Of a stretch of 64,000 nucleotides of DNA, positions 37,512-51,485 are shown in pieces. This DNA comes from Chiloscyllium plagiosum (Eukaryota): positions 2,632,647 through 2,696,646 of the forward strand of contig NC_057760.1 of NCBI RefSeq assembly GCF_004010195.1. Direction: 5' to 3'. The translations under genes were made by a program, and so were the position numbers. The first letter of the stretch is position 1; every line of letters begins with the position of its first letter. The notes under the pieces were generated by a model. The model had not been told where the DNA came from and made no database searches. It saw only the letters and a list, made by a program, of their open reading frames with translations.

Positions 37512-40500
37512 GGTTCTCTGAAGTTGCACAAGAAAAGTGAAGAAATAAAGACGGTTGAACCTTCAGTGGAGGAAAATCGCTACCTACAAACAGGTGGTGA
37601 CGTGAGAAACCCCCTTCCTTCGAGTTTGGAACACTCTGAATGTAGTAAAGCTGCTGTGTGTAGCATGGGAAACATGCGAAATGCTGACACAAAAGAACAA
37701 GGACAAATGAATGGTGAAGCATCTTTGGTTGAGAAATCAGCAATGCTAAAAAATACCTGTCCTGCATCAAAGTCTTCCAGAACTAAGTTTAGGAAGCAAG
37801 GAGCTGGCAACGGGATGGTGATGAACAAAGACTTGGGTCAGCTGAAAGCTAGCCTTGCTGCTGCCAGTTCAGTTAAGGAGCACTTGAGCACTCCAAACTA
37901 CGTAGATTACAAGAGTGTGAACTTAACTGAGCAGGAGGCTCCACAATGTACAAAGGACATTGTCCACAGTAAAACTTGTGGCAAGACTGTTTTAATGCAA
38001 ACAAATAAGGAATCCACTCTAGAGAAAGCATTGGTAAGGCAAGACTCTCCGGGGCACGATGCAGTGTTGTGTAGTGAAGGAATCTCACCCCGGCATGATA
38101 GGCCCCCACCTTCAGAAAAAGCAGAGCACATGATCCCGAAACTAGATAAGCAACCTACAATAAATTGCACTTCAACAGACCATAGAACTACAACTAGCAC
38201 GGACATCTATGGGCGGAGGTCCACCAGTGGTGCAGGGGTGGAAGGGACCCCATCTGCACCTTCACCAGCAGGGCCTGCAGCTTCAGTAAACAGAAGTACT
38301 GTGTTTCCTCCTCCTCCTCAGTTAGAACCTGACCCAGTCTTGGTCATTTCAGAGTCAGACAGCAAACCAACAACTGAAAGTCAGCCAGCATCGAGCAACC
38401 TACCCCTTCACTTCGGTTTCAAGCTGCATGCTCACAGCTTCAGTGCAGAATCTGTGACAGTTGAGCGCATGAGTGAAAGTGGTTTGCAGCCACCACGTTT
38501 GGATAGCATGAAGGCTTTCACTCAACTAACAGGGGGAAGTCGTGAATTGGGATCTTCTCCAGTGCCTAAAACTGACTCTTCGAGTTCTGTTGGGAGCACT
38601 GTGGCTAGCTTCAAAAGCATCCTGAACAACAAATCCTCATTCAAGCCTAGCACGCTGAGAGTGGCCCATCAACAGCTACAAAGGACGTACCAAAACTGTC
38701 CAGTCCCTAATTCTCTCCAGCTTAAACCTGTAAACAAAAGGAAAGGCAAGAGACCGCGAATGAAAGTGGTTACAAGTAGCAGCAGCACTGTTGCTGCTTT
38801 TGGTGAATGTTTGCCTCCATCCATAGTCTCATCCGGGCTATTGAAAACCGCTACATATAGAACAGAACAAAAAATGCATAGTGACCAGGCTCAAATGATC
38901 AGAAACACAGGATTTTCACCAGTTTTAACTGAAACGAAAATCATTAAGCCCCGACTGCCAAAGTTAACTAAAGCTTGCATTTCACCACCACTACCCCAGA
39001 AAGCTGAGAGTGGGAGACATTTTATATCACTGCAAGCTCATCATGACGATAAAGTCTCTAAAAATGGTTCTCAAGACTCCCAGTCATTAAGTGGTAATTT
39101 AAATGTTCATAAATCAAAAAGAAGCAGAGCCAAACCTGACCCTATGCCACTACTTGAAGAGCCTCCACGTAGGACTTTAAAGATTCCTGCTTCCAAAGTA
39201 TTTTCAGTGATGTCAAAGACGAAAGAATTTATTAGGGAGAAAGAACCTCCTATCCTTCAACCAGAAACTGAAATTGTACCCAGTCCAAGTTTTGAGGACT
39301 CTCTTCCAGAAAAACGAAGGCGGGGACGGCCTAAAAAGCAGCTGATGTCCACAGCCAAAGCTGTAGTGCCTGCCTCACTCCTCTCAACGCCGTTAACTGT
39401 TCCAGATAGTTTGGAGACTGAATCAGAGGTTGCACAGCACAGAGGGCTTGACACAAGTGAAGTAAAGAATAAGCCAGTAGAACATGTGCAGAAAATAACC
39501 TCTGGTGATGGCATTGAACTGGGGAGTGAAACAGATTCCAAATCTATGAAGAAAGGGAAGAGGCAATTAATGAAAACACTTTTAGACAAGAAATTTATCA
39601 AAAAGATCAACAAAATGAAAACGCTGAAAAGGAAAAAGCTTCTGAACCAGATCCTTTTGAGTGCAAATGGATCTAGTAGTAAAGGGAAAGTGCAATCAAA
39701 ACTCAATAATACCGTCTCAACTCTCACTGCCACATTTGGCTCCAAGTTGGGCCAACAAATTAATGTTAGTAAAAAAGGAACTATTTACATAGGCAAGAAA
39801 AGGGGCCGAAAGCCCAAAATCTCATTAGATGGTCCATTTCTAAGTAGCTCATTGTCTATTGATAATAAGATGACATCACCAACACCCACTACAACACTCG
39901 GGCAAGTCCTTCCAAACTTCTCACAGTCAGCAGTTGTAAATGTTCCTGATGTCCTGCCTTCACCAACTTATTCCCAGTCATCAGGGGTGAGTGGAAGTCA
40001 GAGTCCTGTCAGCAGTGATGCTGGGTTTATTGAACCAACCCCAGTGCCAAATCTGCACGGAAGTAAAGGCAATATGGTGCAGACACTCGCAATGCGGAAG
40101 GTCTCCAAAGGACGCAGGAAGCTTTCACCCCCAACGTTGCTGCCAAACTCCCCGTCTCATTTGTGTGAGCTGACATCATTGAAGGAGGCCACTCCTTCAC
40201 CCATTAGTGAGTCGCATAGCGAGGAGACCATTCCAAGTGACAGTGGCATCGGGACAGACAACAACAGCACATCAGATAGGGCTGAGAAGTTCTGTGGACC
40301 GAGGAAACGGAGGTACTCCTTTGATCATGTCTCTGTAATACCTCCTGAGAGTGCAGCTGTTTTAACTGGGCTGAAAGAGAAACATAAACACAAATGCAAA
40401 CGTAGAACACATGATTATCTTAGTTATGACAAACTTAAGCGGCAGAAAAGGAAACGGAAAAAGAAGTATTTACAGCTGAGGAGCAAAGAAGACCCTAATT

Positions 40501-41628
40501 TTCTAGCTGAACTGGAGGAACTAATAACCAGCTGGAGTGAATTGAGAATAACCCATCGAAGTCATCACTATATCCCAAGGGATATCCTTCCTTCTATCTT
40601 CCGAATCAACTTTGGCAGCTTTTACACCCATCCACCTTTCCCCTTTGACCCTATGCACTATGTCCGAAAGCCCGAACTGAAGAAGAAGAGGGGAAGGCCT
40701 CCAAAAATGCGAGACGCAATGGCTGAAGTCCCTTTTGTCCACAGCCTGGGTTTTCCTCTTGCAAACGGTGGCTTCTTTCCTTCATACAGTATGCCTTACT
40801 CTCCAACCCCAGTTTCAGCAGGCCCTCTGGGGTTAGGTTATTATGCTCGTTATCCTCCAACACTATATCCACCACCCCCTCCTCCTCCCCCTTCCCTGAG
40901 CAGCACAATGCCACCTCCCTCATATATGCATACTGGTCACTTGCTTCTGAACCCCAACAAGTACCATAAAAAGAAACACAGACTTCTGAGACCAGAGGCT
41001 TTCTTGGCTGGCAGTCGGACCTCTCTCCTGTCTATGGGCACTTATGCCAGCATTCCAGCAGAAATGGCTTACAGTTGGATGCATGAGCATAAGCATAAGC
41101 ATCGACACAAGCATCGGGAGCATCGTTCCTCTGAACAGACTGCGCCATCTGTGGATGGCTTAACGGTTAATCCTTCATTGTTACGACGGTATACATACGG
41201 GAAGGAAGCCATGTCAGAAAGACATAAACACAAAGACAAACACAGGTGCCATATGCCGTACTCCCACTTGAGCTCATCAAAAGGCTTATTGAGTAGAGGG
41301 GATCAGTGGGCCCGAAGGGACTCAACAGAGCATGGTTCCATTTCTGTAGGATTGCAGACTCCTCTCCAAATAGACTGTACAGATGGGTCAGTGGGTTCAT
41401 GTTCAGAGCGGTACATGCCCAGTTCAGAATCAAACATCAGTGAAGAACATACCAATCTGTTTACAAGTGTAATAGGAAGCTACAAGCCAAGCAAACTGTC
41501 TAGTGGCATGGGGCGAAAGAAGCAGTCTGACAGTCCTGAACTTAATGTCTCTCAGGATGGCGTGCCGAACAGGTTAATAAGGAGAGACAGGCCACCTTCC
41601 AGTGAAAGAACTTCTCAGACACCACCAG
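37512..41628 (+). CDS. ASH1L: ASH1L giant internal coding exon (AT-hook region; equivalent of mammalian exon 3), 4117 nt, phase 0 to phase 1
   Basis: 1372-aa open frame with ASH1L-type motifs: KRRRGRPKK, ATFGSKLGQQINVSKKGTIYIGKKRGRKPK, SPISESHSEETIPSDSGIGTDNNSTSDRAEK, KKKRGRPPKMR, HKHKHRHKHREH. Acceptor ttttttttctgcaatgtacacag|GGT at 37511/37512 is in frame (GSLKLHKK). Donor CAG|GTAGGA at 41628/41629. Confidence 0.95.
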
Positions 41629-41639
41629 GTAGGAATGTA

Positions 41640-41970
41640 TAGAGTTATAGAATCATAGAATCCCTAAAGTGTGGAAGCAGGCCGTTCAGCCCATCAAGCC
41701 CACACTGACCAATGAGTATCCCATCCAGACTCCCACCTCCCCTCTATTCCTATAACCCTGTATTTCCCAGGGCTAATCCACCTAGCCTGCACATCCCTGG
41801 ATACTGGGGGCAAATTAACATGACCAGTCCATCCTAACCTGGGGGAGGAAACTGGAGCACCTGGAGGAAACCTATGAGATATGGGAAGAATGTGCAAGCA
41901 CAACACAATCAGTTATCCAAGGCTGGAATCAAACCCCTCCCTAGCAATGTTAACTACTGTGCCACTCCAC
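41640..41970 (-). mobile_element. HE1-type SINE immediately downstream of the exon donor
   Basis: Similar to the other copies in the window. Confidence 0.8.
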
Positions 41971-42589
41971 AGAAAAATTCTTGAGGGGAAGAAATAGCCT
42001 TTGGTGGAATTTAATATTATGCTGCTTGTACTGCCCTCAATGTTTGATTTTCTTTGTGAACTTAAATTCCATGCCATTCATCCTCTGAAAGGTTACCTTC
42101 ATATTTCATGCTGGACTGAGTAAAATCTGGTAATTGATATGTGGTGCTGTTCTGGCATCTAAAATTGGCACATAGTGCCTTTGTGGTGTGACACACAAAA
42201 ATATATTTCACTGTTTGCTCAGCATTGATATAGAGACCACCCTCACTTGCAACTTGTTGAAGAGAATTTCCTGAAGGAAGTGCTGAGCATGTGTGTAATA
42301 TTGATGCCTGGCCATTCCTTTTTGAATTATACTTAACAAAAGACATGCTTAGGATTAATTAAAGTAACTTGTAAATTACAAGGTTCTGTTAAAATAATAG
42401 GTGAACTTTTCTTATTGGAAATATATACTGCTGGCAGCTGACCTTGTACAGTTTCTTTTGTCAGAAATGTAATAATAAAACAAATATGCGAATGACATTG
42501 AGCATTAATGTGTTAAAATTTCAGGACATCTTTCAGAACGTTGATTTGTATAACTTTCCATTTAGAAAATTGAAGAGTGTGATTGAGTG

Positions 42590-43030
42590 TTTCAAGTGTT
42601 CAAAGGTGAATATGGAAAATCTATTTTCTTTAGTTGGGGAGTTCAGAGCAAGAGTTCGTAAACTCCGTAATGGAGCAAGGTCGTTGACATGGTAGTTACT
42701 CAGATGAGGATAGCAGAAATCTAGTTGCATTCTTTTTCTCTCGTGAGAAGTTTAACTTGACTCGGCCTGTGCTACATGGAGTGTAGAAGAATGGAAGGTC
42801 ATCTCATTGATACACATGCAAAGATTGTTGACAGAAGAAATGATGATAAAATGTTCCCTGTTCAAGGAATCTAGAACGTTGTCACAATCTTAGAATGCAA
42901 GGTCAACCATTCAGATTCAGACGAGAAAGTTCTTCTCTTAAAGGGTTGTAGGTGGATTTCAAGGAGATTATCAGCCATGATTCTGTTGACTTGGATTGGG
43001 GTAGGACAGAGCATGGGGGGGGAACCCATG
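42590..43030 (+). mobile_element. Very old CR1 3' fragments
   Basis: gagtgtagaagaatggaaggtcatctcattga-type remnants. Confidence 0.45.
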
Positions 43031-45909
43031 GTATACCTGTTTCATATCATCACCCTTACTGATATAATGAAGCTGTCAAGACTTCACTATCACTAAAACT
43101 TTGTAGGCATGCATGTGGGAGATAGAAGAAAAAATGCAGAAGGGGAATTAAGGTACATGTCAGCCATGCTCCATTTGAATGGTGGTACGGACTTTGGATG
43201 CTAACTCCCCTTGTTCCTGTTTCAGTTCAGTATAATCTAAACATTTGTACTGTCACTTCTTCTATAATTCATTCTTTTGTGAATTAGATCACGTACGTTG
43301 TATTCAATTCTTCAGTATTATTCAGGCTTTTATCCAAAGTCCTTTGACTGGATTTTCATATCAATGTCTTAGCTTTGTCCTTTTCCCTTAATACAAGAAG
43401 GGATTACTAGGAAGTGAATTGCAATTTCGTGTTGATTTCAGTTTGAAATTTGATAATGTGGTTAGTGTATATTGTTTGTCTGATCCGCCAGAGTCAGTAG
43501 AAATTGTTTTCCAGAATTATTTTAACTTCTATTAGAGGCTGCAGAGGGTTTTAACTGTATAAACTTGTATTAAAAATATGTCCCTTTTTATTTAATACAT
43601 TCCCTATCTTTAAGAACCGTTGTGTTCCCATGCATTTGTTTGAATTAATGTGAATGAATTTGAAATCATGGGAAAGAGTTTACTCCATGGTAAGATCATT
43701 TCCAAAAATGTTTCCAAACTATCCCTGTGGTAGCTGATAATTACAGATTATTTGTTACATGTTTGGTATTATTTCAAAGCAGAATAGTACATTGGCTCAA
43801 CATAATAGTTCTTGATATTATGTTAACACTAAGTAGGAATGTTCAGCTGTTGTGGTACATGCTGTTTGTGTTGAGAGAGATTATGGCTGTGCTCATTCTG
43901 GAGCAACATTGTTAGAGATGGTGCTGCTGTAATTGGTATTTACTTCTGCACTTTCCTGTACATTGAGACTTCATTGGAGGCATGCTACCTGACCCATCAA
44001 GCAGGGGAAGGCACATCAATTCATGATCACTTGGATTATGGGTTCGTTTGACACCGGCAGTAGTGGTTACTTGTCTCTTGTCCATAGTGCAGAAATTAGA
44101 TATGCAACTCCAGCAAAGTACTGATTGCAGAACCATCCAAAGGAAAAGATGCTTAAATCCTGCAGCTCAACACAACAGTGGGAGCCTGTATTAGTGTTAG
44201 TTCACCAGCCCTGCTCAATTCTTTGCTTTTTCCATTGCCTGCGTCATCACCTTGTTTGAGACATCTCTCTTTTACTTAAAGCGAATTGAAGGTATAGTCC
44301 TATTGGGGTCTCCCTTTACACACATGCCTACAGTTCTTTTTGTGGCAGTAATGATTGACCAGCTGCTTATGGGGTGGGGCCTGAGAATTTGATTATTATT
44401 GTCAAATTAATTTAGCAGGCACTTCTTGGAAGAAAAATACTGAATAATGTTGGGTAAAAGCACAGAGCTTAGGTGAACCTGTTGGAGGGGACCCGCAGGG
44501 GTAACAAAGTCTTAAGTCTAAAAAGCTTCTCAATTTAACAATTCTTTGCTAATTTACAACTGTTAATGCTCTTTAAGGTTATATGTGAAGCTTTTAAATT
44601 CTGAATGCAAGTGTACCAAACAGCCTGTATACTCGTACATAGCAACTATTTGGTAGATGTACCAACACAAAGGTTGTAATTGGAGTTTTGATTCCCTGAA
44701 TGAAGTCACCTGAACCTGCAAATTTAATTACAGCTTTATTTCTCACTGCCACAATGCTTCTAAAGAAATTACAGGAAAGATAACGATTTGGAGGTTATTT
44801 TGATGCTTGGAATGTACTATCATGTGATTTAAAAGCTCTTTCTATAGGTTTTATGCATATTATGCAGTGGCTGGTATTTATCAAATGTGTTTTTCAAAGG
44901 TGAGGTTGATAGGGTGGTTTCAGGAGGAATGGGTATAATTTGTGAATCTGGGTGCAAGATTTTATTCCAAAAGAAGGCAATTCAAAACATTTTTGTGTAT
45001 CTCCTTCCCAACGAATGCTGAATCCTTCAAGGTTTTGATTGTAGCCTTGAACAGCACCATTGAAATTTTTTGGGAGTTGATGCCTTCAAATGACCTGGAA
45101 AACTGTCGAGAGTTGGTCATTAGGTGGGGGTATGTTGAAGAGGGTATTAAACAAGAATGATTGATGGAATCTTTTAAAGCATAAAAAAAGTTGTTTAGGC
45201 AATTGAGTCCATGCCACGTTGTGTACTCCTCAGTGATGCTGCATGACTTTATCATGGAGTGATTTCAATTCACAACGTCCTTTTTTAATGTGGTTTCTAA
45301 CATTAAAGTTCATGGAGCAACTTCTGTAGATCATACGAATGTACAAATGAGCAGGAATCATTCATTCAGCCCCTCAAGTATATTCCACCATTCAGTAGGA
45401 TCTTGGCTGATTTTCTATGATAAGTAGTGAATAAAGCTAAGCCTTTGAATTCTGCTCATCGGTTCGATTTTTCCATCTGTAGACCATTGGGAGCTTTCAT
45501 CATCGTACACACACTTGCTCCATTCAAGTGGAAGAATATGACAGTCTTGTGCAGCCTTGCTGCTGTAAAGTTGACCTTGTCATTTACTATAGAAATAGTT
45601 ATCATATTTTAACCATTGACTAAACAGGAAATGTACCATTGATCTGTAGAAAAAAAGCCAGTCATCCATTCAGATGGGACTTGTTGCAGTGAAGTTTGTT
45701 TCTTTGGCACTGAAAAGACACATTGATGTGGATGAGGTACTGGTAAGGGGAGTAGCACTTAACTTCCCTGCCACCTGCTGAATCAAAACCTAGCAATAGA
45801 GGATAGTCATGTGAACAGAACATTACTATTAGCTTGATGCCAAGAAACATGTCAGTGATATAAATGTGCCTTTTAAGCAGAAACTACTCTTCTGGATGTG
45901 TGGATGAGA

Positions 45910-46235
45910 AACCAGAGGGACCTGCTAAAATACTCTGGACACATGAGTTGCAATCCTATCTTGGCAGCCGACGGAATTTAAAATTCAGTTAATAAATTCA
46001 GTGGTGACTGAGATTATTAATGATTATAAATATTATAAAAAACCCATCCAGTTCACTCATGTTCTTTTAGGGAATGAAATCTGCTATCTACCTGGTCTGG
46101 CCTACATGTGACATTAGTGTGGTTGACTCTTAATTGTCCTCTGAAATGGGTTATCAAGCCACTCAGTTCAAGGCATTTGAGATGGACAACGAATTCTGAT
46201 CCTGCCAGTGACAGTCAGATCCTGTGAAAGAATAT
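45910..46235 (+). mobile_element. Deu-type SINE
   Basis: Central domain plus ctctgaaatgggttatcaagccactcagtt. Confidence 0.6.
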
Positions 46236-47319
46236 TTTTAAAAATACATGGATGTCTGCTTTTTGTCCCTTTTTATTTTCATGGGGCTTTGACCAATAAC
46301 CAACTGAGTAATAGCTGATAATTTTAACAAAAGGATAAGCTTGACATTATTTATTGCAGCTGTGGTGTAACAGGCTGTATTATTTCTGACATGACACCAC
46401 CGAATGTATATTTGGTATTAGCCAAACTTTGTATATTGTTGCTCCTCTTAACACTCAAAAAGTCCCTTCAGTGAAAGGACTGAATATTAAATTATTTCCA
46501 TCTTCTTTTGCACTTGCGACCTCATCTTCTGACGTAACCCTTAGAAACTTTCATAATCATGTCCTGATTATGCTCTTACTCAATTTCAGAGTGTAGCAAC
46601 TCTGAATCATACAGGTTGCTTTGCATCTGTATCACAGGCAATATGCTGTTGATCAGACGCAAGGTTTTAACTATTCTTTTGTCTGTAATAGTGCTGTGGG
46701 TCACAACGCGAACCTTGGGGAACAGCATTGATATTGTTACTCAGCCTTCAGCAGCTGGAGTTGGATAAACTTTGTAGAACAATATTATTAATCATGTCTT
46801 GAGTGCACGTAGACCTTTGCTGCTGGCTAATGCTTGCTAAATCACTGCAGCAAAGTAATTGAAACAATAAGCAGTGACTTGCATGGCCAACGCAGAGTGG
46901 TACTAGTCACAAAGGCCCTTCCAGTCCTCTTACTATTGGACACAGTTCAGTATAATTGATTCCCTAGATGCTGCTGCTTTGGGTCCAGCATGGAGAACAT
47001 GCTCGGTGTCCTGCAGTTTTGTCTTTGTACCTCCCATTTATTGCTATATGTTAATAAAGTTTGGAAAACACGCTGTCAACTTGAGAGATTTTCAAGGCTT
47101 CCGGTTGCTCTGGCTGAACATTGGCTGCTGCTCTAACAGGGCGAAAGTGAGGCTCAGAATATCTCTCTATGTAGGCAGATCATGTCAGGAGTAGGAGAAA
47201 CAACTACATTGAAGCCATGGGTTTTCAGGTGGGAAACATCAGCACATGTGAATGCCGATAGGTTGAAAGTGTTCCCCCAGGTATATTTTCTCCTTTTGTA
47301 TAATTGTTTTTGATTTTTC

Positions 47320-48690
47320 TGAGATCTGGGCTTCAGCAAGGCCAGCATTTATTATCCATCCCTCTATGTTGAACTGCCATTCTAAATCTCTAGTTGATGT
47401 CCCCACAATGTTGTGAGAGAGGAAGCCCAGGGTTTTGACTGACCTAAAAAGGAACCACAATATCTTTCCAATTAACGAATGTTTGCAGCCTGAAGGAAAA
47501 TGTGGTAGAGGTTGCAAGCTTGGAGATTCTGTCAAAGGAGCCTTTGTATATATACATATATGCAATGTGCCTAATATGTGGCACACTGGTACCACTGGGT
47601 GCCACCAGTGAAGGCAGTGAATGTTTAAGTTTATGAACGGTGTGCCAGTCAAGTGGCTGCCTTGGCCAGATGGTGTTGAGCTACATGTGTTGGAAATGCA
47701 CTTGTCAGACAAATGTTTAGAACCTAACACATTCTTGACTTGTGCCTTTTATAGATGGGGGTCACAGGCGAGTTAATGATCTCTGACCTGTTGTAGCTGG
47801 AGTATTTATATAGAGTCATAGAGATGTATGAAAACAGGCACATTGAAATGGAAACAGACCCTTCGGTCCAACTTGTCTATGTTGACCCAATATCCTAACC
47901 TAATCTAGTGCCATTTGCCAGCACTTGGCCCATATCCCTCTAAACCCTTCCTATTCATATACCCATCCAGATGCCTTTTAAATGCTGTAATTGTATCAGT
48001 CTCCTCCACTTCCTTTGGCAGCTCATTGCACACACGCACCACCCTCAGCGAAAAAGTTGATCCTTAGTTCCCTTTTAAATCTTTCTCCTCTCACCCTAAA
48101 CCTATGCCCTGTAGTTCTGGACTCCCCCACCCCAGGGAAAAGACCTTGTCAATTCACCCTATCCATGATTTTATAAACGTCTGTAAGGTCACTCCTCAGC
48201 CTATGACGCACCAGGGAAAACAGCCCCAGCCTGTTCAGCCTCACCCAATAGCTCAAATTCTCCAACCCTGGCAGCATCCTTGTAAATCCTTTCTCTACCC
48301 TTTCAAGTTTCACAACATCCTTCCTATAGCAGGGACACCAGAATTCCCCCCAATATTCCAAAAGTGGCCTAAGTAATGTCCTGTACAGCTGCAACATGAC
48401 CTCCCAACCCCTATACTCATTGCTCTGTATTATACAATTAAGTTTCTGTTCAATGGTGATGGACAGGATATTGGTGGTAGAGAATTTAACAATGTTGAAT
48501 GCTGGGGGGGGGAGATGATTAGGTTGCCTCTTGTTTTTAGATTGCCATTTCCTGGCATTTGTGTGACTCAAATGTTACTAGTCTCATATCAGTGTGGATA
48601 TTGCCACTTGTATCTAGGGAGTTGCAAATGAAACTGAAAACTCTGCAAATCATCAATGAATTACCCTGTTTAAGGTGGGGGTGATCAGTG
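47320..48690 (-). mobile_element. LINE of the 23090 family interrupted by a minus-strand CR1 (~47812-48420)
   Basis: Similar to 23090-23640 and 24720-25050. The inner CR1 reads LYRTLLRPLLEY...LERVEKGFTRML. Confidence 0.75.
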
Positions 48691-48698
48691 TTAGAGTT

Positions 48699-49785
48699 GG
48701 CAGTGGTGTAGTGGTAATGCCACTGGATTGTAATCCAGAAACCTAGGCTAATGTTCTGGGAATACCTGTTCAGACGTTATGCGAGGGGCAAAGATAAGGT
48801 GAATAGCCAAGGTCTTTTCCCTAGGGCAGGGGAGTCAAAAACTAGAGGACATACGTTTAAGGTTTAGATTAGATTAGATTAGATTAGATTAGATTACTTA
48901 CAGTGTGGAAACAGGCCCTTCGGCCCAACAAGTCCACACCGACCCGCCGAAGCGCAACCCACCCATACCCCTACATTTACCCCTTTAACCTAACACTACG
49001 GGCAATTTAGCATGGCCAATTCACCTGACCCGCACATTTTTGGATTGTGGGAGGAAACCGGAGCACCCGGAGGAAACCCACGCAGACACGGGGAGAACGT
49101 GCAAACTCCACACAGTCCGTCGCCTGAGTCGGGAATTGAACCCGGGTCTCTGGCGCTGTGAGGCAACAGTGCTAACCACTGTGCCACCGTAAGGTGAGGG
49201 GTGAAAGATTGAAAGGGGACCTTAGGGTCAACTTTTTCACAGAGGGTGGTGCATATGTGGAATGAGCTGCCAGAGGAGCTGGTAGAGGCGTGTGCTATTA
49301 TAACATTTAAATGACATTTGGACAGGTACGTGGATAGGAGTAATATGGGCCAAATGTAGACAAATGGGACTAGTTTACTTGAGGAAACCTGGTCAGCAAG
49401 TTGGGCCAAAAGGTGTGTTGCTGCCTGAACTTCTGTGCTCTTCCAGCACCACTAATCCAGAATCTGGTTTCCAGCATCTGCAGTCATTGTTTTTACCTAG
49501 TGTTTCCAGATTATATGACTCTAAATTCCACCACAACAGCTCATGGAATTTAAATTCAATTAGTAAAAATTCTGGAATTGAAAACTGGCCTCCAGCGGTC
49601 GCTCAAAATCAGATGGTTCACTAATACCCTTTAGAAAAGGAAATATGTTATCCGTACTTGGTCTGATCTACATGTGATTCGAGAGCACTTAACTACCCTC
49701 TGAGATCGCTGAATAAACCAATTACTTTAGGGGATGGGCAGTAAATGGTTTTGCCAGTTAAGCCCATATTCTATGAAAGAATAAA
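48699..49785 (+). mobile_element. Nested cluster: Deu-type SINE > CR1 tail (~48775-49520) > HE1 SINE and PLE fragment (~49412-49500)
   Basis: SINE head at 48699-48772 resumes at ~49522. Confidence 0.65.
48864..49189 (-). mobile_element. Young HE1-type SINE with TSD TAAGGT
   Basis: TAAGGT at 48858-48863 and 49190-49195, (TTAGA)n tail, CpG-rich. Confidence 0.92.
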
Positions 49786-50854
49786 GTAATAAATACACAC
49801 TGAGGTCTAAAAAGTATTCGATTTATTTTTAACTGGATCACTTTAATTCCAGTCATCTAATCATGAGAAAGGATTTTCTTCTTTTGAAGACTGGGTCCTA
49901 ATGGCAATGTGACCACGTCAAGTGACGGTAACAGTGGGAGGAAATATCACAGCCGGTTACCCCAGCTGCTATTACACGTTCAAGCAGTTGCTTTCACTGC
50001 AGCATTGGTCTGTCTCACTCGCCTCTTTGGTGGAAATGTCTGAGAGATGAGGGAGAATGAACAAGAAGTCAGGAATAGTTGTAGCCTTGATACAGACTAT
50101 AGAAAACAAACAAATGAGACTAATTCTTTCCTTGTGTATATCAGCCAAACTTCCAACTGTGCTTGTAGCCCATCCTAATCTTGGAAAGAGTCATGCCGAA
50201 AGTATGATTATTCATTAAACGTTGGCAGTTTGTCCCTGTAATTATTTGCATGCTGAGACAGCTTGTGGCAATAGTGGGTTCAAATTATCAGAAACTTGCA
50301 GAACCACAGCTGACTCACTGTGGTCAAGAGAAATAACAAAAGCAGTCAGTTTGGCTTTGCACACTTCTGTAGTGAGTTGTTTGAAAAAGCTAGGGGGTTC
50401 CTTTCACTTGCACAGAGACTTCACTTGGGATTGTTCTCCAACTAGTGGAATGTGCATTTTCTCCCCAGTTCTTATCCATGTCGTTTATTGGCTTACTTCC
50501 TCCTCCCTATTTCTCCCAGTCTGTGAAATTTCCATCAAATAGTTTTGAACAGTTTGGTTTGTATGTTCTCCAGACCGGAAAGTAAAATATATTTTTCACT
50601 CTAAGATCCTTAAAGCTTCCTGTAACTGTAAGCAGTGAAGTTCATTGGGTCCAAGTAAGGAAAAATTAGCAAACAATATTGGAAGATTTTCTCCATTTTG
50701 GACATTTGTAACAGAACATTCCAGTATTTATTGAAGACAAATCTATCTGTCTTTCAACTTGATGAAAGATTTCCTTTTACAATATTCACATGCACACACT
50801 TAAGCAGTGTAAGAATGTGCTGGTTGCCCTGTGCACAGTGTGTCCTGTGTGTGA

Positions 50855-51085
50855 GATGGCACTGGTGAGATTTGAATTCAGTTGGAGAAAAAACAAATCT
50901 AGAATGAATAGTCTTGGCCCAATGTTAACTTTTAACCACTGTGATAAAAGTCCATCTGGTTCACTAATGTCATTTAGGGAAGGATACCTGTAATCTTTAC
51001 CTAATCTGGCTTAGACCCTATATCACTATGGGTCACAAATAGCAATTAATGCTAGGCCTAGCCAGCAATGCTGTCCTCCTATAAA
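50855..51085 (+). mobile_element. Deu-type SINE fragment
   Basis: ccatctggttcactaatgtcatttagggaagga. Confidence 0.55.
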
Positions 51086-51270
51086 CAAACTTTGTTTGCA
51101 TGTTTATGTTACGATCTGGTATAGTTTTCATGTGCTGCTGAAAAATGTCACCTAAATGGACTCTGATTTGTTCAGGTCAATGCAAACACACGCTACACCG
51201 TTGTATAGCCTTTCATGATGGCTTGATCTGCTGAATCATTTATTGAATCATTTATTTAATCATTGACCTA

Positions 51271-51485
51271 CAGTCAGTCCCGCTATAATGCGTGTTTCTT
51301 CAATGTGAATTACTATAACATGATTGAAGAATTTAGTCCATTATTTGTAGAACGTGAACTGTCCTTACCTATATTGGCTGTTGTGTGATTCTGGTCTCAT
51401 TGGTTTAAATGGTGCTGCTATTATGTGGTTTTTCTTATAACGCGGGATCGCACAGGAACTGCACTATTATATCAGAACAGACTCT
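51271..51485. mobile_element. Tigger/pogo-type MITE
   Basis: TA + CAGTCAGTCCCGCTATAAT at the left, imperfect inverted ATTATATCAGAACAGACTC at the right. Confidence 0.6.

Noticed and set aside
37524..41642. 1372-aa ORF as a complete single-exon gene
   Set aside because: The TTG start and TAG stop are artefacts. Splice sites at 37512 and 41628 define an internal exon, and no SET, bromo, PHD or BAH domain is present.
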